A DNA stretch of 64,000 nucleotides from Verrucomicrobiia bacterium. Lineage in GTDB: Bacteria > Verrucomicrobiota > Verrucomicrobiia > Limisphaerales > UBA1319. Shown here one piece after another: positions 18,944 through 28,433 of the stretch. The notes beneath the pieces were generated by a model. It made no database searches. It was not told the DNA's origin and saw only the letters and a list, made by a program, of their open reading frames with translations. Position 1 is the first letter of the stretch; the number at the start of each line of letters is the position of its first letter. Both the position numbers and the translations under genes were made by a program. The stretch covers positions 4,512,001 through 4,576,000 of the forward strand of contig OY760937.1 of assembly GCA_963664225.1 (NCBI GenBank), given 5' to 3'.

Positions 18944-19624
18944 TTACTTCTTGAGCGGTTCGACCAACTTGGTGTCCGCGTCGAGTTGAACCTCGAACAG
19001 GTCCTTGGGCAATGCCGTGTTCAAAACGGAATGACTGAAATCATTGCGCATGCTGGAGCCATCGCTGAACTGGAGTTCTGTCGAGGATGGCGAGTAGTCC
19101 TTCGTGCTAAAACTGATTTGGAGCTGGCTCATGAACTTTCGCGCAAAGGCGCTTTTGGGCTGAAGGGACAATTGCACAATGTCGTTGGTTTGCACGACCG
19201 ATAAGACGGTGAAGCGCGATTCCAACTCGGCTCGGCTGCGGGGAAAGCTGGCCTCCAGAAGAGCCAGCGCGTCACGCCAGGGGCCGGGAGCGTTTCCGGT
19301 CAGGGGATATTTCTCGGCTCGCTTGAGCTTGGGATACAAAAGCCACAATTGATCAGGCTGGCGCACCGCGATCGTTTGCGGAGGCTGGCCCAGCTCCCAA
19401 CGAAAGTGGTCAGGCACCACGACCCACACCTTGCCGGTCGAAACCAGTGGCTGGGAAAATGTTTTGATCGAACGCGTTTGAACCGCATCAGCAGTCCAAG
19501 TGTGGACGTTGGTCTGCGCGGCGAACCATTGATCCAATAGGGCACTGGTATCGGCCGCCTTGACTGCAGAGTTTCCAACCAACAGAAAACCCAGCAACAC
19601 GGACAGAAACCGTGACACCTTCAT
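18944..19624 (-). CDS. LolA-like periplasmic carrier (ApeL-like)
   Basis: Signal peptide. Q-T-R...STGKVWVVVPDHFRWEL LolA pattern. ATGA overlap with the MMPL gene. Confidence 0.85.
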   Translation of the reverse strand: MKVSRFLSVLLGFLLVGNSAVKAADTSALLDQWFAAQTNVHTWTADAVQTRSIKTFSQPLVSTGKVWVVVPDHFRWELGQPPQTIAVRQPDQLWLLYPKLKRAEKYPLTGNAPGPWRDALALLEASFPRSRAELESRFTVLSVVQTNDIVQLSLQPKSAFARKFMSQLQISFSTKDYSPSSTELQFSDGSSMRNDFSHSVLNTALPKDLFEVQLDADTKLVEPLKK

Positions 19625-22600
19625 AAAGGGGTGGGAGTATTCCCATTGGCTCGATTGCCGCTGGACGCTTTTGCAATCAGCGATGCCTTTGACCAAATTG
19701 GAACAAAATGAAACCATTGGTCCAAATGCTGCCGAATCCGCGGCTCGAATGCACGCAGGATTTGTCGGGTGAGTTCATGCCGGGCTTCCCGGTTGCCCAG
19801 GGTTGCGCGGTCATATTGAAATTCTTGAAACACCTGGGCGAGGTAGCGGCCGTCGGGGCAGCGTAAAACAGTAACCCCGAAAAGGGCGCAACCGGAGGCC
19901 CGCGCCAGTTCGGCTGGTGCGATGGAGGCTTGAAATGGCCTGCCAAAAAGTTCCACCTCGACAGCGCTGGACGGTTGAGGTCGATCCACCAGCAACGCAA
20001 TGATCGCACCTTCCTGCAATCGGCGGATGACATCGACGAAGCCGAACGCGTTGTTGCCAATGACCAGCGTTTCGATCCCCCATCTGGCTCGCGAGGTCCG
20101 GCGCAACTCGGTCAATCCTTCGCCCGGTTCGGCCTGTGTGATGACCAGCAAATTAATTCCATGCTCCCTGAGCAAAAGCGCGCCCACTTCCCAATTTCCC
20201 AGATGAGGCGTCAGGAGTAATACGCCCCGACCCTTTTTTTGAATGTCTGCCAGGGCCGCGGTGGAAATGGCTTCTGTGTTGGTCTGTGGATTGGAAGCGG
20301 CGGCTGTATCAGAGCTTTGAGGACTGTCCACAAATGCGATGGCGGAGGAAATGCCATTTTCAAACCTCCACAAATCCAGAAGTTTTAGCGCAAATTGTTG
20401 ATATAGTCGGCGAGCTGTTCCCTCAGCGCGCTTGCGATCCCCGCCAACCGCAGGCAATAAGTTCTCAATCACCACTTCACGCCTCGGGCGATCCAGCCGG
20501 AAATGAGCCGCCGCCAATACCAGGCAAAACTGTCGGACCAACACCAGCGGCATCATTCGGGTCAGCAGCATCCCCAAGCGCCACAGCCAGGCCCGATACA
20601 AAGCGGAAGGTTTCGTTGGCAGATCGGAGTGTGGAGCGGGGCACTGTTCCGGTAAATCTGTCCGGTTAATGGTCCTACACCACCAGGTGGGCAGCAGGTA
20701 GATCGAGATGAGCATGTTGGCCAATATGCCCATGGCGCAGACCTTGCCCAGACTGGCCATGCCCACATTCGCTGACCACGCCAGGGAACCGAAACCGGCA
20801 ATGGCGGTGCCGCCGCAGAGCAAAAGCGCCCGGCCTATGGAGTTGCGCACCATCGCCACATCTCCTCCATGCCGACGCAGGCCAAGTTGGATGAAAATGC
20901 CATAATCCACCCCGGTGCCCAGAATCAAAGGCAACGCCATTAAGTTGAGCAGATTCCATGTCCATCCGTTCAATACCATGAATGCCAGCAAACACAGGCC
21001 CGAGAGCAGGAGCACCGCAACGCCCAGCAGCACCTCACGAACATTTCGGAAGGCCAGCCACAATGATACCAGCACCAGCGCCACCATGGGCAGTACCACA
21101 AGCCACAGCCGGTCTTTGACGCGTGCCAGTGTCACAGTGCCCAGCAGCGGCCAACCCGACAGGGAAATATGTGCTTTTTCAAACTCATCCGCCAATCGGA
21201 CCAGGCCCGTGTCGGAAACTTGATTGGTGGAGGGATAAACAAGGCCCAGGGCCAGCCATTGATTTGTGGAATGGGCGACAAAACGTTTGAGCAGCCATTG
21301 ACTCATCTGGTTGGTGGGCCACGACACTCCGTTACCGGCGCCCAGTCGCTCCCAGGTTCTCAACAGTTCATCCGTTAGGAATAATGCGTTGGTATTGAAT
21401 CCCTCATGCAAGGCCGCCTCCCGCAAAGGCGTCTCCTGACCTGACAGCCAAAGCGCTGCCGGACGGTTGGCCTCCTGGTTGGCCACGTGCGGCCACAACG
21501 GCGTGGGAATCATATAACCGCTGATTTGCTGGTTGGAACTGGCCCGCGCCAGCAAAGCTTCCGCCCGGCTGAGTTGCTCATACACTTCCGATTCGGTCCG
21601 GCCTGATGCAATCGTCCAGAGCGGATCCTGAGGGATGCCGACCGCCGAAGAGATTTCATCGAGCGCCACCTCCGCTTCTGTGTGCTGGAGCCGAAGTGCG
21701 TCCCCGGAGCGATCCACACCGGGCAAGCCCCGCACAAGTCCCAAAGCCGCCACTAAAATCACCGCCCCGGTCACCAGCAGCCCAATGCGGCAACACCGCG
21801 TCGGCGGATTCCCAGCCCACACGATTCGCTCCGGCGGGGGTGGAAAGAGAAAAGTAATCAACCGGGGACGTGCAATGCCGGGGGGCAGTTGGCGGCGTTT
21901 TGGAAAGAGTGGCGGCAGAAACGCCACCACCATGACCAAGGCCGCCAGGCTCACCCCAATGGCCACCAGCGATCCCAATTGCGCAAGACCGGGCAGGCCG
22001 CCAAAGCTCAACATCAGGAATGCGGCTATGGTTGTGATGGCCGCCCAAAGGATGCTCGGTGAAATGGCGCGACGGATTTCTGGAACGGTTAGTTGCGGAT
22101 GAGCCAGGGCCTCCTGGTAATGGACCACGGCGTAGTCCACGGCCAACCCGAGCAACACCGCTGCGAATCCCAGGCTGATCACGTTGATGGTTCCCAGGAG
22201 AAGACTCCCCAGCCCCAAGGTCGCCACCAGGATGAGTCCCAAGAGCGTCAGCAGCCAGAGCATTGGAAGCCAGCGCCGGTGCGTCAGCCAGAATAGCAGC
22301 GCAATGATGATGGCGGTGCCAATAATCGACCCGCTCAAATCCCGTTGCATGCTCGACGCAATCTCCGCCACAAACGCCGGTCGGCCCGTGTAGCGAATCG
22401 TCACGTCCCGCCATTCGGATTTCTGTGCGCGCGTCTCCTCAACGGTCCGACGAATCGCCTCCAGCCAGTCCACGCAGGCGCGATAGCCGGCCAATGCGGG
22501 GCGAGCCTGGAGAAACACCAATCGAAAAGTGCCGTCGGAGGAGCCAAACATCTGCTGGCCTTGATCGGCGGACATGCCGCTGAAATTCGCCAGTGTCGGT

Positions 22601-23091
22601 AGGTTCAACAGATCGTAGGGATCGAACGCGCGCCGGGCGATGTCCATGGGTGAGAGGGAGGTGGCCAAAGCCTCTCGGGACTCCCCGAGGACCGTGGCGC
22701 GATGGGCAGGCGACAGACGATTGGTCAGGGCGTTGAACACTTCTGGCGGTTGGTTGAACCACAGATATGCAACGATCTCAGCGGCCTGGGCTGGCTGCTC
22801 CATCCAGGGCGGTTGCCAGGAGACTTCGGTAACCAGATTGGTCTGCGGACGCAAACGGGTTGCCAATTCCGCAGCCAGGCTTTCGGTTGTTTCACCGGAC
22901 GGCGCGCGCAAGGTAATGATTAACTCGCGGGCATTGGCAAAATGCTCCTGGTAGAGTTTCAATCCCTGCACGCTGGGAATGTCGGGCGGCAGGAGGTTCA
23001 GGACATCGACGTCGAATCGCAGACGGCCCAACCCAAGCAGCACCAGAACCGCAAGCGGCAGCCACCACCATTTTTTAAACAGCGCACTCAC
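19621..23091 (-). CDS. MMPL/RND-family exporter fused to a C-terminal LpxL/HtrB-type acyltransferase
   Basis: Two TM bundles with GLAVDYAVV and GTGVDYGIF. The C-terminal ~320 aa contain TPHLGNWE, LLVDR, VELFGR, QWFHFVPIW. Confidence 0.88.
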   Translation of the reverse strand: MSALFKKWWWLPLAVLVLLGLGRLRFDVDVLNLLPPDIPSVQGLKLYQEHFANARELIITLRAPSGETTESLAAELATRLRPQTNLVTEVSWQPPWMEQPAQAAEIVAYLWFNQPPEVFNALTNRLSPAHRATVLGESREALATSLSPMDIARRAFDPYDLLNLPTLANFSGMSADQGQQMFGSSDGTFRLVFLQARPALAGYRACVDWLEAIRRTVEETRAQKSEWRDVTIRYTGRPAFVAEIASSMQRDLSGSIIGTAIIIALLFWLTHRRWLPMLWLLTLLGLILVATLGLGSLLLGTINVISLGFAAVLLGLAVDYAVVHYQEALAHPQLTVPEIRRAISPSILWAAITTIAAFLMLSFGGLPGLAQLGSLVAIGVSLAALVMVVAFLPPLFPKRRQLPPGIARPRLITFLFPPPPERIVWAGNPPTRCCRIGLLVTGAVILVAALGLVRGLPGVDRSGDALRLQHTEAEVALDEISSAVGIPQDPLWTIASGRTESEVYEQLSRAEALLARASSNQQISGYMIPTPLWPHVANQEANRPAALWLSGQETPLREAALHEGFNTNALFLTDELLRTWERLGAGNGVSWPTNQMSQWLLKRFVAHSTNQWLALGLVYPSTNQVSDTGLVRLADEFEKAHISLSGWPLLGTVTLARVKDRLWLVVLPMVALVLVSLWLAFRNVREVLLGVAVLLLSGLCLLAFMVLNGWTWNLLNLMALPLILGTGVDYGIFIQLGLRRHGGDVAMVRNSIGRALLLCGGTAIAGFGSLAWSANVGMASLGKVCAMGILANMLISIYLLPTWWCRTINRTDLPEQCPAPHSDLPTKPSALYRAWLWRLGMLLTRMMPLVLVRQFCLVLAAAHFRLDRPRREVVIENLLPAVGGDRKRAEGTARRLYQQFALKLLDLWRFENGISSAIAFVDSPQSSDTAAASNPQTNTEAISTAALADIQKKGRGVLLLTPHLGNWEVGALLLREHGINLLVITQAEPGEGLTELRRTSRARWGIETLVIGNNAFGFVDVIRRLQEGAIIALLVDRPQPSSAVEVELFGRPFQASIAPAELARASGCALFGVTVLRCPDGRYLAQVFQEFQYDRATLGNREARHELTRQILRAFEPRIRQHLDQWFHFVPIWSKASLIAKASSGNRANGNTPTPL

Positions 23092-23588
23092 GGCGAGAGA
23101 AACCCTTCGATGCTCTCACCGGAATTGGTGTTTTGAAGAATCCAGCCGCCATCGGGTTTGCGTTCAAAGAGGAACGCCTTGGGAAGCGGTTTGCCTTCCA
23201 GCGCTGCCCCCAAATAGAGCCAGGTGAAACGCAAGGGAGGTTGTCCCTTGCCTCCAAAGCTGTATCGCTGCGCCGGAAACTGTATGAGCCAGTTGGTCGA
23301 TGTGGTATGGCCCATCGTGATCGGCAGGGGCGTTTTTTCAAAGTCGAAGATATAACTTCCATTCTCATGGCGGGCGACCAGGAGATCGCCGCCCAGTTCG
23401 GGTCGGTTGCGACTTGGCCGCCACACAGCCTGCCCATTCAGCACCCGCCAGCCAGGACCCGCTGTGGAAATTCGTGAGGCATCTCCGAATGTGCGACATC
23501 CCGTGGTAAAAACCACCAGAACCAATAATGCCACACCACAGAGACCCAAAAACAACCGCATGCAGCGCAATCCCATAGGTCTGGCCAT
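23088..23588 (-). CDS. hypothetical lipoprotein upstream of MMPL (positional counterpart of ApeN)
   Basis: Lipobox FTTGC. GTGA overlap with the MMPL start. Start codon uncertain (23588 or 23561). Confidence 0.7.
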   Translation of the reverse strand: MARPMGLRCMRLFLGLCGVALLVLVVFTTGCRTFGDASRISTAGPGWRVLNGQAVWRPSRNRPELGGDLLVARHENGSYIFDFEKTPLPITMGHTTSTNWLIQFPAQRYSFGGKGQPPLRFTWLYLGAALEGKPLPKAFLFERKPDGGWILQNTNSGESIEGFLSP

Positions 23589-23790
23589 TGTTATTAGAGC
23601 CAGCCTTTGATGAAAGCTTTTGTTTCGCGCTGTGGTCGAAATATTGTGTGAATCTTTGGATGGTCGGGCAATTTGGGCGGAATTGTCCACATCAGCGATC
23701 TTGCCATTCAAGCAAACTGCGGATCGCCAGGGCAAGGTCGTGCCTCGTCCGAACGTCTGGAAGCCATTCCGCTCACATTCCGACGGACCA

Positions 23791-25941
23791 TCAGGGATTC
23801 GCGTAATCCACTTTCAGGAATGCATTGGTGTTGAAGGACGGGCCCAGTCGGACAGGCAGCTTGCGACCATGCACAACGACATTCATACGTCCGTTGAACC
23901 AGGTCCAGGAGACCGCGCCAAAGCGGGTCGAAATTCCGCGCACACTCATGGGTTTGTCCAACCAGAAGCCCGGTATGCCCGCGCCCACGATCAGCACAGG
24001 TTCGGGGGTGCTTTCATCGACACAGGCCAGCATATCGCATTGGAGCAGGAACATCTCCGCGGCGGTCCAGTAATGGGGGGTCGATTGCGAGGGGGTGACC
24101 CAGCCCCGCACGCGCTCCCATTGATGCTGATTGGGATTCTCGCCGGCGCCATCGCCCCACGTGTAGAGCCCGGGAGAGGATTGGTTTTTCCAAAACCATT
24201 TGACTGTGTCCCACACCGTTTCGGGCTTGTTCAAGTAGAGCCATTGATGGGCTTTATCCAAGAGGACATAAGGATGCGCGGTGTCTTCGGCTGAAGGCCG
24301 GGCGTCAAAACCCAGGCTCGGCGTGTGTTCTTTCAATGCTGTTGCAAAAACTTCGCGATGAGGACCCGCTGACCAGGAAGGCCACAAGCCATTGATCCAG
24401 GTCCATTCCTCAGCCGCATAGGGTGATTTCAGAGCGTTGAACCAGGATTCGCGCATCTGTGCCGCGTCGATGCGCCATTGGAGCCCATAGATGCCCGCAC
24501 CGAGCCTTTCCATGAATTCCGCGGCAGCGGTCAGGCCGCCCGAGTTTGCGGCGTTGATATAGAGCAGGGGATGGGTGCCGCCGGCCTTGCCCATGATCAA
24601 TCCATTCTGGGCGGGATCGCAAAGCAAAGTTAATTGGGGATCGTTCAGATACTGCGGGTCCACGGGCGGCGTGACCGGTTTGCGAATGGGTTTGTCTGCG
24701 GCGAGCATTTCATGAATCAACTGGGCTTTTCGCATGACATGCGGTTGGAGATAAGAATCAAATGATCCCTGGTTGAGCCGTCCTGCAATTTCCATCAAGG
24801 CCCAGAGAGCCAAACCCGGGGCATCCGCCTCGGGGCCGCGGCCTCCAAAGAAGTCGCGTTCCGCGAAGGGGCGGGCCAACTGGCTGGCCAGGTTGATCTG
24901 TCCGGCGCGCGCCAGTGCGACCAGAATGGAAGCGCCTTCGCGTAATGAGGAGATTGGATATTGCATGGGATCTCCCGGGCGCGTTTCCGAGCCGGTAATG
25001 CCCATGAGCAATTGGGCCGCCTGGGCATTCATGCAGGCGGCGAATTGCTCATCCGGCAGGCGAACCTCGATGGCAGATTTAATCGAGGCATAGGGCAGGG
25101 TCACCTGCATACCGGGTGAGGGATCGAAAATGGCGACTTTGAACTCGCGTCCCTTTGGGATTACGATCCGGGCAAAACCCCATCCGTCCGCATTGCGACA
25201 GAGGCGTTCAGTCGAGGCGGAGGCAGTCCAATTCTCGTCGCCTTCGTGTCCGGTATAAACAGCGGTCGGAGCTGGATCAAAGGACAAAATCCATCGGTTG
25301 TTGAGTTGGAGGGTTTTTCCATTCCATGCAATGTTTTGCAGGGGCCCGCCAGCCGGGCCGGGGCTGCGCACGAGCATTTGAACGGTGCTGGTGCTATTCG
25401 TGGGAAGAGTTAACGCCAGGCGTCCTTGGCCTGGACCCGCGAGCGACCAGAGGGCCTGGTAATAGACAGTGTCGGTCAATACGCCGGGTGGCGCGTTCAA
25501 TGCCGACCACACCCATTGCTGACGAATCTGGTCCGTGGTGATTTTTTCGCTCGTTGTCTGAAGTTTGCCCTCCTGATCATAAACCCAGAAGGAAATGCCA
25601 TAGCTGTTTATGCACGGACTAAAATTCCCGCCGGGCTCCAGATACGCCTTGCCCGTTTCGCGGCTGCCCGGGTAGGCGAGAATGACGTGCCCCGCGCTGC
25701 GCGGCCAGGAATCGTTGGGGCGCTGTTGGATGGCACGCAGAAGGACCTGATGACCATTTGTCTGCCCATAGCCAACCGGCGTCCAAGTGACGGCCAATAA
25801 CAGAAAAAGCAGCGCTGCCGTTACGCGCGATTTGCGAATCGGGGAGGCGGGATGGTTTGCAGGGCAATTTGATGCAGGCCCGGCGTTACGTGCAAAAAGC
25901 GACGTGGATGCCAGACAATTGGGCGCGTTTATGGCGTTCAT
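23791..25941 (-). CDS. large secreted protein with a probable (alpha/alpha)6 six-hairpin glycosidase-like domain
   Basis: Signal-like segment RKSRVTAALLFLLLAV. Motifs YP.SSLREGA, EADAPGLALW, PHYWTAAE, LIVGAGIP..W, GISTRFG. Start uncertain. Confidence 0.7.
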   Translation of the reverse strand: MNAINAPNCLASTSLFARNAGPASNCPANHPASPIRKSRVTAALLFLLLAVTWTPVGYGQTNGHQVLLRAIQQRPNDSWPRSAGHVILAYPGSRETGKAYLEPGGNFSPCINSYGISFWVYDQEGKLQTTSEKITTDQIRQQWVWSALNAPPGVLTDTVYYQALWSLAGPGQGRLALTLPTNSTSTVQMLVRSPGPAGGPLQNIAWNGKTLQLNNRWILSFDPAPTAVYTGHEGDENWTASASTERLCRNADGWGFARIVIPKGREFKVAIFDPSPGMQVTLPYASIKSAIEVRLPDEQFAACMNAQAAQLLMGITGSETRPGDPMQYPISSLREGASILVALARAGQINLASQLARPFAERDFFGGRGPEADAPGLALWALMEIAGRLNQGSFDSYLQPHVMRKAQLIHEMLAADKPIRKPVTPPVDPQYLNDPQLTLLCDPAQNGLIMGKAGGTHPLLYINAANSGGLTAAAEFMERLGAGIYGLQWRIDAAQMRESWFNALKSPYAAEEWTWINGLWPSWSAGPHREVFATALKEHTPSLGFDARPSAEDTAHPYVLLDKAHQWLYLNKPETVWDTVKWFWKNQSSPGLYTWGDGAGENPNQHQWERVRGWVTPSQSTPHYWTAAEMFLLQCDMLACVDESTPEPVLIVGAGIPGFWLDKPMSVRGISTRFGAVSWTWFNGRMNVVVHGRKLPVRLGPSFNTNAFLKVDYANP

Positions 25942-26019
25942 GGGCAATTAATAACAAACAATCTGGAGATTGTGTTCTCCACGTTGTCAACGTGCCAAAC
26001 AAATCCATGGAAATCAACC
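25880..26019. repeat. copy 1 of a ~135 bp duplicated leader segment with dyad ACAATCT-GG-AGATTGT
   Basis: Aligns with 29885-30013. Identical 25 bp core TAACAAACAATCTGGAGATTGTGTT at 25952-25976. Confidence 0.85.
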
Positions 26020-26277
26020 GCACGAAGTTTGGATTTAAATGGAGCAGAACTTTGGAGAATGGCCGAACAGGATTGGAAGTGCGTTGCTGCAAGTTTGAAG
26101 CAGGATCGCTGCTTGAAAGAAAACCTGAGATTCCACGGCACGGAGCAAGTCCGAGTCTTGGTTCAAATAATAACAAGATGGTCAAAAATCAAACCGATGG
26201 GCAGGATGGGCGAGAATTCTGTGAAAGCAGCGGTAACACGCTTGGAATCCGACATGACCATGAATTCGATCTCTTTG

Positions 26278-26994
26278 ATGAAATACACGTATGAGGAGAT
26301 GGCGGGAATGATCGATCATTCCCTGCTGCATCCGACCATGACAGACGCCGAGTTGGAGGTTGGATGCAAACTTGCGGCCAAATACAAAGTGGCATCGGTC
26401 TGCATCAAACCCTATGCCGTGAAGATGGCGGCCGGGATTTTGAACGGCACCGGTGTCAAGGTGGGCGCGGTTGTCGGCTTCCCCCACGGCGGTAGTACGA
26501 CCGAATCGAAATGCTTTGAAACTGTGGTCGCGTGCAACGATGGCGCCACCGAAATCGATATGGTCATTAATATCGGCAAGGCGCTTTCGGGCGATTGGGT
26601 TTATGTGACCCGGGATATTCGGCAAGTCACGGAAACCGCCCACAAGCATGGCGCCATTGTCAAAGTGATCTTCGAAAACGATTTCGTTACCGACGACAAA
26701 CTTAAAATCAAGCTGTGCCAGATTTGCGAAAGTGTGTGGGCTGATTTTGTAAAGACATCGACCGGCTATGGATTTGTGAAGGGCTCGGATGGCAAGTATT
26801 CCTACAAAGGCGCCACCGAGGAGGACTTGAAGCTGATGCGGGCTAATTGCTCGACAAAAGTGCAAGTCAAGGCCGCTGGCGGCATCCGGGATCTGGATGC
26901 GTTAATTCATGCCCGTGATCTCGGTGTCTCGCGTGTTGGCGCCACGGCCACGGCCCAGATGTTGGATGAATATCGAAGGCGCGCATCGTTGTGA
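26278..26994 (+). CDS. deoC: deoxyribose-phosphate aldolase
   Basis: IDHSLL, VGFPHG, EIDMVINIG, KVIFE, DFVKTSTG (Schiff-base Lys), VKAAGGIR. Confidence 0.95.
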   Translation: MKYTYEEMAGMIDHSLLHPTMTDAELEVGCKLAAKYKVASVCIKPYAVKMAAGILNGTGVKVGAVVGFPHGGSTTESKCFETVVACNDGATEIDMVINIGKALSGDWVYVTRDIRQVTETAHKHGAIVKVIFENDFVTDDKLKIKLCQICESVWADFVKTSTGYGFVKGSDGKYSYKGATEEDLKLMRANCSTKVQVKAAGGIRDLDALIHARDLGVSRVGATATAQMLDEYRRRASL

Positions 26995-27392
26995 TGGGCA
27001 GTCAGAACAAACCCTGCTTCCAGGGGAAAACATCGAACCCGACTTTGAAACACCCGTATGCTGGATTGCCAATTGTGTAGCGTCTGACCGCAGGCTCCAC
27101 GTCAGCCGCAGGCAAGAGGAATGCCGGTTTTGTAACCTCTAAAATTACCACGTCTCCTGTGGCAACTGGCATGGCGAGGCCAATCGATGCAAGAGTCAGA
27201 ACTAAACTCAGAATTGGCTTCATACGGTTTGAGTTTGTGAAACCGCATCTGCTGGTTCTCTCTATCGCCCTCAACCATGGTAAAGCCAAAAGCACAACAA
27301 CACGTCGCGAATATATTGATGAGACGCGTTTGTGATTTTTTCAACAAGTCCATTATAATGGAGTTCAGTGATATGAAATTGGATGTGAATGC

Positions 27393-28433
27393 TCAGCACA
27401 GGATGCCTCTCTCGCGGTAAACGGCCAGGATATTCTCAGGCGGTACGTCTGGCTGAAACAGATGGGCGGGGCCGAGAATATAACCGCCGCCTGCGCCCAG
27501 TACTTCGCAGTAACGATGTGCTTCTGCGTTCACTTGAGAGGGAGTCGCGTGAGGGAGCAGGTGTTGCATGTCCATCCCACCGTGAAAACTCAGGTGGTCA
27601 CCAAAGTCCCTTTTCAAACCCTCTGGATTCATTTCGGGACCGGTGGGCTGGATGGGATCCAACACATCCACGCCCAACTCGATCAAGTCCGGTATGAAAG
27701 GCCGCACCATGCCGCAACTGTGAAACAGGGCTTTTCCTCCCAGGCTGTGAATGCAGTCGCACATCTCCTTCAGATAAGGCGCCACGAATTGGCCGAACAT
27801 GGCGATTGAGATCAGCGGTCGGTGCTGCGAACCCAGATCGCTGATGACCAGGTAGAGGTCGATGCGTCCACTGGTGATTTCCGCCGCGCGAGTGTAATCC
27901 TCCAGGTAAAAATCGGTGAATTTGCGGCAAAGGAAATGAACCCATTCCGGCCGTTCGACCATGTCCAAAAACATGTTGTCCCAGCCGCGCACCAAGGCAG
28001 GACGCTGCCAGACGTCTGCAAAGCCATAGAGCAACGCCCGCGTCTCATGGCGCTGGCATTGTTCGCTGAGTTGGAAGTGATCGATGCAGTCTGGTGACGG
28101 CCAGCTAAAGGTTTCCAACTCAGCAATGCTCTTCGCGCCAGCCAGTGCGCCTTTGACATCCTCGCGCAGTGGGCCCCAGGGTGTCGGCTGGTATATAAAC
28201 CGCTCGCCCCAGAAGTTCTGGAAGACTCCGCCACCGATCGTTTGGTCCGGTGGCGGCAGAGCCTCGAGATGTCTGATATCTATGCCCAGCGAGTCGAGTA
28301 GTTTGTGCTTATCGTCGTGGCCCACGTGCGCAAACAATCGTTTCCAGGTCGGCGGTTCCGCCCAGAAATCACGCGGTGTGCGGTCAGGATGCTCATGCCG
28401 CAGGGCGGTAAGGACTCTTTCTCGCGACGTCAC
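27393..28433 (-). CDS. uroporphyrinogen decarboxylase/MtaA-CmuA family protein
   Basis: TSRERVL..L.H..PDR.P, RGWDN, SDLGSQ, FHSCG, FHGGMD, GGYILGPAH, PPENI. Confidence 0.88.
   Translation of the reverse strand: MTSRERVLTALRHEHPDRTPRDFWAEPPTWKRLFAHVGHDDKHKLLDSLGIDIRHLEALPPPDQTIGGGVFQNFWGERFIYQPTPWGPLREDVKGALAGAKSIAELETFSWPSPDCIDHFQLSEQCQRHETRALLYGFADVWQRPALVRGWDNMFLDMVERPEWVHFLCRKFTDFYLEDYTRAAEITSGRIDLYLVISDLGSQHRPLISIAMFGQFVAPYLKEMCDCIHSLGGKALFHSCGMVRPFIPDLIELGVDVLDPIQPTGPEMNPEGLKRDFGDHLSFHGGMDMQHLLPHATPSQVNAEAHRYCEVLGAGGGYILGPAHLFQPDVPPENILAVYRERGILC

Noticed and set aside
25985..26000. Sigma54 promoter in the duplicated leader (TGGCAC on the minus strand in both copies)
   Set aside because: The -12 TTGC element is absent at the required spacing.
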